Notes under the pieces: model-generated
Database searches by the model: none
What the model was told of the DNA's origin: nothing
What the model saw: only the letters and a program-made list of their open reading frames with translations
Assembly (NCBI GenBank): GCA_964582065.1
Contig: CAZOQG010000003.1
Span: 1 to 42,250 of the forward strand
Direction: 5' to 3'
From: an uncultured Dehalococcoidales bacterium
GTDB taxonomy: Bacteria > Chloroflexota > Dehalococcoidia > GIF9 > UBA5629
DNA length: 42,250 nucleotides
In this document: one piece after another, positions 28,893-37,882 of the stretch
Numbering within the stretch: position 1 is the stretch's first letter
Layout of the letters: each line of letters starts with the position of its first letter
Made by a program: the position numbers and the translations under genes

Positions 28893-30602
28893 ATGCGCCT
28901 TTCAAGGCTTTTTGGCAAGACATTAAAAGAGACACCGGCAGAAGCTGACACCCTGAGTCATCAACTGTTGCTTAGGGCCGGAATGATTCAGCAGGTAGCC
29001 GCCGGTATCTATTCCTATCTACCTCTAGGCTGGCGAGTGCTCAGGAAAATTGAGCACATAATCCGGGAGGAAATGGACAAAGCTGGTGGGCAAGAGCTAA
29101 TGCTACCTGCGCTTCAGCCCTTTGAACTTTGGGAACAATCAGGTAGATACCCTTCCTTCGGCAAGACTCTTTTCACCGTTATTGACCGCAAGGAACACAG
29201 GTTAGCCTTGGGCCCCACCCACGAAGAGGTTATCACCGAGCTTGTCCGCCGCTATGTGCAGAGCTACCGCGACCTGCCCCTTCTCCTTTACCAGATACAG
29301 AACAAGTTCCGCGATGAACCCCGTCCCCGAGGCGGCCTATTACGTGTCCGCGAGTTCATTATGAAAGACCTTTACAGTTTTGATGTTGATGAGGCAGGCT
29401 TAGACAACAGCTACCAAGAAATGATTCAAGCCTACAAGAACATCTATTCTCGCTGCGGCTTACCGGCAGTGGTTGTAGAAGCTGACAGCGGCGCCATAGG
29501 CGGCAAAGAGTCTCAGGAGTTTATGCTAATCGCTGATAGTGGTGAAGATGAAATTATGTATTGCTCCAGTTGCGGTTATGCTGCCAACACAGAAAAAGCC
29601 CAATTCGCCAAGCCAAAGCTGGAAATCAAATCTCCTTTGCCCATGGAAGAGATATCAACCCCAAACATCAAAACAATCGAGGAAGTGGCCGATTTTGTCG
29701 GTGTGCCCACAAGCCATACCCTGAAGGCGGTCTTTTATTCAGCCGATGGCGAGCTTGTTTTTGTGGTCACTAGAGGAGACCTGGAGGTTAACGAGACAAA
29801 ATTCAGAAACTTGCTAAAATGCTCGGAGTTGCGTCTGGCCACAGAAACCGAAGTGAAGGCAGCCGGGTTAGTGGCCGGCTCAGCCTCACCGATAGGCATA
29901 GAGGGAATCAAGATTGTAGCCGACGACTCGATAACCTTGGGTTCCAATTTCATTGCCGGAGCCAACAAGGTGGACACTCACCTCAAGAATGTGAACTACC
30001 CCCGCGATTTCGAGGTTGACACTATTGCCGACATCGCTGTAGCACGTTCAGGTGATAGCTGCCCTAAATGCGAAGGCAAACTCCTTTCCACGCAGGGCAT
30101 TGAGGTTGGTCATGTCTTCAAGCTAGGCACCTTCCTCAGTGAGAAGCTAGGTGCTTTTTTCCTCGACCGAAATGGCGTATTATGCCCAATCATTATGGGC
30201 TGCTACGGCATTGGACTGGGAAGACTATTGGCAGCCGCAATAGAACAGAATCACGATGACAAAGGTATTATCTGGCCGCTAGCTATCGCCCCCTACCACA
30301 TCCACTTATGCCCTCTCCACCTAGGAGATTCTGAGATTTCCCAAACAGCTGAAAAACTATACGAGGACCTAACCAGGAAAAACTTGGAGACGCTTTTCGA
30401 TGACCGCGACGAATCCCCAGGATTTAAATTCAATGACGCCGATCTTCTGGGAATACCTCTCCGTTTAACTTTGAGCCCACGCACCTTGCAGAGTCAGAGT
30501 GTAGAGGTAAAATGGCGCAAGGAGAAGCAAGCTCAACTTCTACCCCTGGAAGGAATAACTGTCAGAATAAAGGAATTGCTACAAGAACCTGACCGAAGCT
30601 AG
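28893..30602 (+). CDS. proS: Proline--tRNA ligase (with editing domain)
   Basis: SHQLLLRAG, LGPTHEE, KFRDEPRPR, IEVGHVFKLG, MGCYGIG. Confidence 0.98.
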   Translation: MRLSRLFGKTLKETPAEADTLSHQLLLRAGMIQQVAAGIYSYLPLGWRVLRKIEHIIREEMDKAGGQELMLPALQPFELWEQSGRYPSFGKTLFTVIDRKEHRLALGPTHEEVITELVRRYVQSYRDLPLLLYQIQNKFRDEPRPRGGLLRVREFIMKDLYSFDVDEAGLDNSYQEMIQAYKNIYSRCGLPAVVVEADSGAIGGKESQEFMLIADSGEDEIMYCSSCGYAANTEKAQFAKPKLEIKSPLPMEEISTPNIKTIEEVADFVGVPTSHTLKAVFYSADGELVFVVTRGDLEVNETKFRNLLKCSELRLATETEVKAAGLVAGSASPIGIEGIKIVADDSITLGSNFIAGANKVDTHLKNVNYPRDFEVDTIADIAVARSGDSCPKCEGKLLSTQGIEVGHVFKLGTFLSEKLGAFFLDRNGVLCPIIMGCYGIGLGRLLAAAIEQNHDDKGIIWPLAIAPYHIHLCPLHLGDSEISQTAEKLYEDLTRKNLETLFDDRDESPGFKFNDADLLGIPLRLTLSPRTLQSQSVEVKWRKEKQAQLLPLEGITVRIKELLQEPDRS

Positions 30603-30787
30603 GGCCAGACTAGCTTGACACACTCCTCAGCCCAAGCAGCGGCAAGCACAGGCACAATACAGCCAAACCTTTCGCTTTTCACCTCCTCTAGTGAAGTCCG
30701 CAAGCTTGCCGCGTCTCGTTTTTGTGATGAAAGCACAATACGACCTGTAACTTTGTGCGACTATGGGCCTCAGAAGATACAATCTCA

Positions 30788-30824
30788 TGACTAAAGTACT
30801 AGTCAAACCGTGACCAATTGGTCA
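30788..30824. promoter_or_regulatory. Two adjacent TGAC...GTCA inverted repeats (candidate operators)
   Basis: TGACTA-AAGTAC-TAGTCA (30788-30805) and the perfect palindrome TGACCAATTGGTCA (30811-30824). Confidence 0.55.
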
Positions 30825-30901
30825 TTCCATAAATGTCATTCTGGACTATACTATATGCTATAAACTCTCTCCAAAAGGGGGGTCAATATGGGAGAAGGAA
30901 G

Positions 30902-31516
30902 ATGTTTGACAAATTCATGAGAGCCCTCAGAAGGGGGCATCGAAATGAGAAGGGCATCACCGGCCTGGAGACGGCGATTATCCTGATTGCTTTTGTCACC
31001 GTAGCTGCAGTGTTTGGCTATGCCGTGCTCTCCGCTGGTATCTTCTCGGCTGAGAAGGGTAAAGAGACTGTCTATCTCGGCCTCCAGGAAGCCAAGAGCA
31101 CCATGGAGCTCACGGGAAGCGTTGTCGCTTTCGGCGAGAACGCGACAGATACGGTAAGCTCGATTAAATTCACCGTGCGCAATGCTCTAGGTGGAGAGGC
31201 CATAGACCTGACGATACCGCCCAACAACAAATCCATCCTCACCTACATTGATTCTCAACAGTATCACAACGACGCGAAGTTTGCTTTAACATGGGTAGGC
31301 ATGAGCGACAACGATAGCCTGCTGGAGGTAGGTGAGAAGGCGCAGATCACATTTGACTGCACCGACATTGACATAGCTACGGCAAGCACGCCCCTCCTCC
31401 CAACCCTGGGATGTTACACGAAGTTTACCCTCGAGTTCAAGCCACCTGCCGGGTCCGTAGTTACAGTCGAAAGGATCACGCCTGGCGACATGGATCCGGT
31501 CATGAATCTACACTAA
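30902..31516 (+). CDS. Archaellin (archaeal-type flagellin, ArlB/FlaB family)
   Basis: Class III signal peptide ...RNEKG/ITGLETAIILIAFVTVAAVFG; DNDSLLEVGE motif; likely ATG 30902 after a purine-rich RBS. Confidence 0.9.
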   Translation: MFDKFMRALRRGHRNEKGITGLETAIILIAFVTVAAVFGYAVLSAGIFSAEKGKETVYLGLQEAKSTMELTGSVVAFGENATDTVSSIKFTVRNALGGEAIDLTIPPNNKSILTYIDSQQYHNDAKFALTWVGMSDNDSLLEVGEKAQITFDCTDIDIATASTPLLPTLGCYTKFTLEFKPPAGSVVTVERITPGDMDPVMNLH

Positions 31517-31715
31517 TGCTACCGGCAGCCCGGCTTTTGTTCGTAGACTAGTCGTTAGGTAGCCGCTCATTGTTGCCAGAGGGTCAGTAGGCTGATTAAA
31601 GAACAAAGTGACCGAACACGCCCACTCAGGGCAAACTCCGTGAACGCACAGGGGCAGTGACCGATTCTTTAGCGAGATTACCCTGGGTTGGACAACCAAA
31701 TGTAGCCAGCCCTCG

Positions 31716-33119
31716 CTAAGCAGCCCTTTCTTGTATCATTTTATACTTGTAGACAACAGACAGTGCTCTGATAGCTCTTGTCACCGACGGGTATACAGGT
31801 ACACCGTTCAACTCCAACTCTTCGACTACTGCATGCAGTGAATCGGTCATCGCATGCGGCCACACAACAACCGGTTTGCCTTTTTCTTTTCCCAACAAGA
31901 AAGGCCTGAGAGCCTTGTCTGTGCCAAGCGAAGGGAAAAACGGCGGCAACCCGACTATCAGGCAATCCACGTTCTCATCGCCGACCATAGACTCCAAGAA
32001 GACGCTGTAGACCTCATCGGTCGGGTGAAACTGAGTGCAAACCCCTATGTCAAAGGGATTCAACGGAATCTCCCAGGGGGGAAAGAAAGGCTTGAGCTTG
32101 CCAAAGGTTCGCCCGTTCGGCCTTGCCATTGAGAAACCGTTTTGCTCGCATGTATCCGTAGCTATTACGCCTTCCCCCCCAGCCAAACTGGCGACGACTA
32201 TCCTGTTGCCACTTGGTGGAGTCAAAAGCCCGAAGGCTTTGGCAAAATCAAAGAAATCATCCAGCGTCTGCGCCCCAACGACCCGTGACTGTCTCAATAC
32301 AGCGTCAAACACAACATTGCTCTCTTTCGCCATAGAACCTGTGTGTGAAGCAGCAGCCTTAGCCCCGGCAGTGCTTCGTCCAGACTTAAGAACCACAATC
32401 GGCTTGGCCTTCGAAGTATTGTCGAGGAGTTGCATGAACTTCTTGCCGCCGCCCTTCAGCGTTTCCAGGTGCATAGCTATAACTTTCGTATCCAGGTCCT
32501 GGGCCAGGTACTCCAAAGCATCAACCTCGTTTATGTCCATCTTGTTACCCAGATCAATAAGCTTACTAATACCAAGGTGAAAATCTGAAAGAATCCAGTT
32601 GAGTTTGGGGTCATATAGACCAGATTGAAAAACGAAGGATACGCCTCCCCGGGTTAGTCTTTCAACCGGCAAAAAACTAACTACAAGATTGTTCGCAGTG
32701 TTGATCGGGCTGAGGGCATTCGGTCCAATCGCCCTAATCCCAGCTTGCTTCAAGAGATGAGCAATTTCATCCTGCACCCTGCGCCCTCGCTCATTGGCCT
32801 CCGAGAAACCTCCGGCTACAAGCACAACCCCTTTGACCCTTTTCTCGGCACATTGCTTAACGATGTCCAGGGTCATGTGGGCAGGGACAGCAGAAACGAC
32901 CAGGTCTATCTCGCTGTCGATATCTTTCAATCTAGCGTAAGCTTTTGTCCCAAGAATCTCATCAGCGTTGGGGTTCACTGGATAGATTTCGCCCCTGAAC
33001 CCCAGTTTGACTAGATTCCTAACCAGGTTATAGTTGAGAGTTAGTGGACTTCTGGAAGCCCCCACTATGGCCACACTGCTGGGATAAAAGAATGAATCCA
33101 GGAAATGCCGTTTTGCCAT
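31716..33119 (-). CDS. CoA-binding protein, NDP-forming acyl-CoA synthetase alpha-subunit-like
   Basis: VAIVGAS, YPVNP, GGFSE, IGPN, QSG, GNKMD, phospho-His motif SHTGS; no ATP-grasp domain. Confidence 0.88.
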   Translation of the reverse strand: MAKRHFLDSFFYPSSVAIVGASRSPLTLNYNLVRNLVKLGFRGEIYPVNPNADEILGTKAYARLKDIDSEIDLVVSAVPAHMTLDIVKQCAEKRVKGVVLVAGGFSEANERGRRVQDEIAHLLKQAGIRAIGPNALSPINTANNLVVSFLPVERLTRGGVSFVFQSGLYDPKLNWILSDFHLGISKLIDLGNKMDINEVDALEYLAQDLDTKVIAMHLETLKGGGKKFMQLLDNTSKAKPIVVLKSGRSTAGAKAAASHTGSMAKESNVVFDAVLRQSRVVGAQTLDDFFDFAKAFGLLTPPSGNRIVVASLAGGEGVIATDTCEQNGFSMARPNGRTFGKLKPFFPPWEIPLNPFDIGVCTQFHPTDEVYSVFLESMVGDENVDCLIVGLPPFFPSLGTDKALRPFLLGKEKGKPVVVWPHAMTDSLHAVVEELELNGVPVYPSVTRAIRALSVVYKYKMIQERAA

Positions 33120-33184
33120 GAGTATGCCAGCTCTATCTGACTATTTTGTCTTTTTGGGAGCTTTCCAGCAACACCTGAGATACG

Positions 33185-35590
33185 TTAAGCTCGCAAACTA
33201 GCTCCTAGCTCCCGCGCTAACTTATCGAGAATCTGCTGCTGGACCTTGTCGACTTCTTCATCAGTCAAGGTATGCGTGGATGACTGATAGATGACCCTGA
33301 AAGCGAAGGACTTCTTGCCCACCGGCACTTGCTCTCCGCTGTAAAGGTCGAAAAGAGACACCTGATCCACCAAAGAAAAGCCCTTGACAATATCATAAAC
33401 CTGTTCATGGGTTATCGCTTCATCCACTAATAGCGCAATATCTCTACTCGTACTCGGATATCGGGAAATTGGCTGATACTTCTTAGGGCCACCTATAGAA
33501 GATTCCAGTTTATCTAGATCAATTTCGATGAGATAGGCAGGCCCAGAGAGTTCAAAAGCTTCCGATACCTTGGGATGTAGTTCGCCTATAACGCCCACCT
33601 TGTCATTGCCAACAGTTATGTCAGCGCTTCTCCCAGGTATTAAGCCTTCATCCTCACCTGCCTCAAAGCTCGCAGCCAATTCCAGCCGAGACAAAAATGT
33701 CTCGACCACCCCCTTGGCAATAAAGAAGTCAACAGGCTCGACTTCACCCCGCCAGGATAACCCACCCTGAGAGCTACTGAGCACAGCGCAGACCATCTCT
33801 TTTTCTTGCGGCAAATCTTTCTCCTGCGGCAAGAACACCTTTCCAATCTCGAAAAGTCTGATGCCATTCTCCTGGTATTTCTGATTGCGAGCCAGAACTG
33901 ACAGGAGACCGGTTCGCAAACTGGTGCGAAGATACTCGTGGTCCCTGCTCATAGGATTAGCTACCTTTACCGGGACTGCGCCCTTCAGCCGAAGCTCAGG
34001 TGATAGCCTGCTCATCACCTCGAGACTGGTCAGCGAATAGGTAAGCACCTCCTGGAAACCACAGCTAACCAGGATGCTCCGTAGCTTTCGTCTAAGAGCC
34101 AGCATTGGCATTGACTCATGCTCTGGCAGAGGCGCACCAAGCATAGTAGTCGGAATATTGTCATAACCAATAATACGAACCACCTCTTCCACTAAGTCAG
34201 CGGTGCAACTGATATCAGTACGCCACCACGGAACGTTGACCCGAACTGATGAGGGCAACTCAGTTTGTTCACAACCGAAACCCAAGAGCTCCAACGTCCT
34301 TACTATTTCACTAATCCCCACCTCCATACCAAGAAGCCGCTTAACCTCAGCAGCGGACAACAATATAGGTTCGACCTGCCGCTTGCCGGGGTAAACATCA
34401 ATCACCCCCTTAGCCACCTTGCCGCCAGTCAATTCCAGCATCAATTCAGTCGCCCTCTTGAGTGCCACCACTGGCAAGTCTCGACTGAGCCCTTTCTCAA
34501 AACGCAGCGAGGCTTCACTGCTCAGTCGGAGGTTCACGCTCCCCCGATGAATAGCTGCTTGATTGAAATTTGCCGATTCTATCAGAACACTGGTAGTATT
34601 GGCTGTTACCTCAGTATCCAAACCTCCCATAATGCCGGCAATGGCAATCGCCCATTCCTTGTCGGCAATGACCAGCATGTCCTGGCCGAGAGTCCGCTCG
34701 ACTCCATCCAAAGCAGTCATAGTCTCGCCTTTCTCTGCCCGGCGTACTATGATCTGCTTTCCGTGGATTCTGTCGTAATCGAAGGCATGGAGGGGCTGCC
34801 CATATTCCAGCATCACATAGTTGGTAATATCGACAATATTACTGATAGGCCGCATGCCACAAGCCAACAAACGCTGTTGTAGCCACTGAGGTGATGAACC
34901 TACCTTGACCCCAGTAAGCAAGCTGGCACAGTATCTAGGACATAGGTCTGGGTCAGCAATTTCCACCGAGACAAAGGAGTCTATTGCGTTCTCCAATTCT
35001 TCGTAGTGGATTTCAGGAATACTGAGCCTACTCCCGGTAACAGCTACTATTTCCCGGGCAACACCAATCACCGACAAGCAATCAGGACGGTTCGGTGTTA
35101 TGTCCAGGTCTAGGATTGTATCCCCAAGATGTTCAGACAAAGGAGTACCAACAGGCGCCTCCGGGGGAAGAATCATAATCCCCTTGTGACTGTCAGAGAT
35201 TCCCAGCTCCTTTTCAGAGCAAACCATGCCTTCAGAAACAACGCCACGAATCCTGGCTGGCGTTAGCTGAATAACCTCGCCACTATGACCGTCGATGAGC
35301 TGAGCCCCCACATGGGCAAAAGCCACATTATCCCCAATTGTGAGATTCGGGGCACCACAGACAACAGTAGATTGCCGCTTCCCCAACTCAACGGTCACTA
35401 GCCTCAAGCGGTCGGCATTTGGATGGGTATCAACACCAACGATTTTGCCAACTACGATATTATTCCAGCCTGCGCCGATAACCTGCATTCCCCCAACTTC
35501 CAATCCAGCCATAGTCAACCTTTCAGTCACCTCTTCGAGTGGTGCAGAAATATCAACATAGTCGCTGAGCCATCTAAAAGAAACTTTCAT
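33185..35590 (-). CDS. pheT: Phenylalanine--tRNA ligase beta subunit
   Basis: HPNADRL, VCGAPN, TPNRPDCLS, GQPLHAFD, RFEKG, C-terminal FDX-ACB domain. Confidence 0.98.
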   Translation of the reverse strand: MKVSFRWLSDYVDISAPLEEVTERLTMAGLEVGGMQVIGAGWNNIVVGKIVGVDTHPNADRLRLVTVELGKRQSTVVCGAPNLTIGDNVAFAHVGAQLIDGHSGEVIQLTPARIRGVVSEGMVCSEKELGISDSHKGIMILPPEAPVGTPLSEHLGDTILDLDITPNRPDCLSVIGVAREIVAVTGSRLSIPEIHYEELENAIDSFVSVEIADPDLCPRYCASLLTGVKVGSSPQWLQQRLLACGMRPISNIVDITNYVMLEYGQPLHAFDYDRIHGKQIIVRRAEKGETMTALDGVERTLGQDMLVIADKEWAIAIAGIMGGLDTEVTANTTSVLIESANFNQAAIHRGSVNLRLSSEASLRFEKGLSRDLPVVALKRATELMLELTGGKVAKGVIDVYPGKRQVEPILLSAAEVKRLLGMEVGISEIVRTLELLGFGCEQTELPSSVRVNVPWWRTDISCTADLVEEVVRIIGYDNIPTTMLGAPLPEHESMPMLALRRKLRSILVSCGFQEVLTYSLTSLEVMSRLSPELRLKGAVPVKVANPMSRDHEYLRTSLRTGLLSVLARNQKYQENGIRLFEIGKVFLPQEKDLPQEKEMVCAVLSSSQGGLSWRGEVEPVDFFIAKGVVETFLSRLELAASFEAGEDEGLIPGRSADITVGNDKVGVIGELHPKVSEAFELSGPAYLIEIDLDKLESSIGGPKKYQPISRYPSTSRDIALLVDEAITHEQVYDIVKGFSLVDQVSLFDLYSGEQVPVGKKSFAFRVIYQSSTHTLTDEEVDKVQQQILDKLARELGASLRA

Positions 35591-35624
35591 TCACAAGCTC
35601 CTGGGGCCAGAATTCCAACCAGAT

Positions 35625-36665
35625 TTAGAATTGCCTTAAGAACCTGACGTCGTTACTATAGAAGAGGCGAATATCATCTATCCCATAACGAAGTATAGGA
35701 ATACGCTCCACACCCATGCCAAAGGCAAAGCCAGAATAAACCTCAGGGTCAATGCCAACACGCCGAAGAACCTCGGGGTGCACCATTCCAGCGCCTATGA
35801 TTTCAATCCAGCCGCTATTGCCGCACAGCCGGCAACCAGTCCCTCCACACACAAAACAATCAATAGATACTTCGACACCAGGCTCGACGAAAGGGAAGTA
35901 ATCGCAACGAAAACGACATTTTCTCTCCTTGCCAAAAAGACGGCGAGCGAACTCAAAGAGAGTGCCCTTCAAGTCGGCTAAGGTGATATTCCTATCTACC
36001 GCTAGTCCTTCCACCTGATAAAACATCCATTCATGCGTGGCATCGGTTGCTTCATACCTGTAGACTCGCCCGGGCGCTATCATCCTTATCGGTGGAGGCG
36101 ACTTCTCCATAACTCTTATCTGGACTGGAGAGGTATGAGTCCGCAAAAGCATAGGTCTATCGCCAGCCTCTGTCTCAAAGTCAATCCACAAAGTAGCGAA
36201 CATATCCCGAGCTGGATGTTCTGCTGGCATGTTAAGAGCTTCAAAATTGTAATACTCCCATTCCACCTCTGGCCCCTCGACAACCTGAAAACCCATGTCC
36301 CCAAAAATATCACAGATTTCGTCAAGTATTTGAGTTGTCGGGTGGAGACGACCCAGAAGAACCCGTTCTCCAGGCAAAGTGACGTCGAGGCTTTCACGCT
36401 GCAAAGAAAGAGTTGCGGCTAGGTCTAAGCTCGTCTTCTTCTCTGCTAATCTGGCTTCGAAAGATTCCTTGGCCTCATTGGCTCGAGCCCCAGCAACACG
36501 CCTATCCTCTAATGGCAAAGTTGCTAGCAAACGCAACATCTGTATTAAGCTGCTTTTCCTGCCTAAATATCGAATCCGCCAAGCCTCAAGTTCTTCGAGA
36601 TTGGTGACTTTGCCTAACTCATCAAAAGCTCTTGAGGTAAGTTCTTCAAGTTGATTTAGCACCAT
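35625..36665 (-). CDS. pheS: Phenylalanine--tRNA ligase alpha subunit
   Basis: [35 protein letters not shown]. Confidence 0.98.
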   Translation of the reverse strand: MVLNQLEELTSRAFDELGKVTNLEELEAWRIRYLGRKSSLIQMLRLLATLPLEDRRVAGARANEAKESFEARLAEKKTSLDLAATLSLQRESLDVTLPGERVLLGRLHPTTQILDEICDIFGDMGFQVVEGPEVEWEYYNFEALNMPAEHPARDMFATLWIDFETEAGDRPMLLRTHTSPVQIRVMEKSPPPIRMIAPGRVYRYEATDATHEWMFYQVEGLAVDRNITLADLKGTLFEFARRLFGKERKCRFRCDYFPFVEPGVEVSIDCFVCGGTGCRLCGNSGWIEIIGAGMVHPEVLRRVGIDPEVYSGFAFGMGVERIPILRYGIDDIRLFYSNDVRFLRQF

Positions 36666-36682
36666 TCCTGCAATGCCAGGTA

Positions 36683-37042
36683 CTAGCTCTTAAGTTCGTC
36701 TGAGGCCAAGGTCAATAGCTTGGAAAAACTGGAGGGATCATTTACTGCCATCTCAGCCAATGTTTTGCGGTTAATTGCCACATTGGCTTTCCTCAGACCG
36801 TCGGTAAACTGGCTGTAAGAAAGCCCACCGGCCCGGGCTGCAGCATTTATCCGGATAATCCACAACCGTCTCATGTCACCCTTACGCTCTCGGCGATGGC
36901 AGTAGGCATAATGCAAGGCATGAAGCATGGACTCATGAGCTCGCCGATACAGGGCATGCCTGGTAGCCTTATGCCCCTTGGTCAGCTCCAGCACCTTCTT
37001 ATGTCGTCGATGGGTAACTACTCCACCTCTAGCTCGCGGCAA
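36683..37042 (-). CDS. rplT: 50S ribosomal protein L20
   Basis: [23 protein letters not shown]. Confidence 0.97.
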   Translation of the reverse strand: MPRARGGVVTHRRHKKVLELTKGHKATRHALYRRAHESMLHALHYAYCHRRERKGDMRRLWIIRINAAARAGGLSYSQFTDGLRKANVAINRKTLAEMAVNDPSSFSKLLTLASDELKS

Positions 37043-37057
37043 TCGCTTCCTCCTGGT

Positions 37058-37261
37058 TCATTTCACACCGTAAGGCAACAGTCTCTTTATCCTTGCCCTA
37101 TCCTGGGGTTGAACAGGAATTGTCTCATCATAAAGACGCTTCGTCCTGGCTGACTTCTTGCGCCTTAGATGGCTCTTACCACCTTTGACACGCATAATTT
37201 TGCCGCTGCCAGTTATATGGAAGCGGCTCTTAGCTCCCTTATGAGTCTTAAGCTTTGGCAT
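37058..37261 (-). CDS. rpmI: 50S ribosomal protein L35
   Basis: [19 protein letters not shown]. Confidence 0.97.
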   Translation of the reverse strand: MPKLKTHKGAKSRFHITGSGKIMRVKGGKSHLRRKKSARTKRLYDETIPVQPQDRARIKRLLPYGVK

Positions 37262-37810
37262 CTAGACTTTTTCCTCGACTTTCGTTTCCTTGACCTGTTT
37301 AACCGAAATCGGGGAAAGCACCAAGCTCATAATGCGCCCCTCCAAAGATGGTGAACCCTCTAGAGCAGCTACGTCCCTCAAATCATCGGCTATTTTCTGC
37401 AGAACCCTCACACCTAGCTCAGGGTGAGTGATCTCGCGTCCGCGGAAAACCACAAACGCCCTTACCTTGTCTCCATCCTCTAATAGCTTCCTCGCCACCT
37501 TAATCTTAGTCTCGACGTCGTGGTCCTTGACCCTAGGTCTAACGCGGATTTCCTTGAGCACGCCAGCTCTCTGGCTCTTCCGTGCTTTCCGTTCTTTTCT
37601 GGTCTGCTCATACCTATATTTTCCATAGTCGAGAAGGCGACAGACAGGAGGTACCGAGGTGGGTGCTACCTCCACCAAATCAAAATTACGCTCATCGGCA
37701 ATCTGCAACGCTCGCTCAAGAGAAAGCACTCCCAATTGCTCCCCCGCTTCCCCTATAAGCCGAACCTCCCTAGCTCGAATCTGCCGGTTAACGCGTACTC
37801 TCTTGACTAT
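37262..37810 (-). CDS. infC: Translation initiation factor IF-3, probable ATA start
   Basis: VNRQIRAREVRLI, DLVEVAP, DYGKY, FRGRE; GGAGGTGGGGAG precedes ATA at 37810. Confidence 0.93.
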   Translation of the reverse strand: MVKRVRVNRQIRAREVRLIGEAGEQLGVLSLERALQIADERNFDLVEVAPTSVPPVCRLLDYGKYRYEQTRKERKARKSQRAGVLKEIRVRPRVKDHDVETKIKVARKLLEDGDKVRAFVVFRGREITHPELGVRVLQKIADDLRDVAALEGSPSLEGRIMSLVLSPISVKQVKETKVEEKV

Positions 37811-37853
37811 GTCTCTCCCCACCTCCTTACCATAAAACAGGCCATTGGACAGA

Positions 37854-37882
37854 AATATATCACATTCACGACAAGAAATCAA
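37854..37882 (-). promoter_or_regulatory. Putative infC-operon promoter overlapping the thrS stop
   Basis: Minus strand TTGATT-N17-TATATT with TG extension. Confidence 0.5.
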
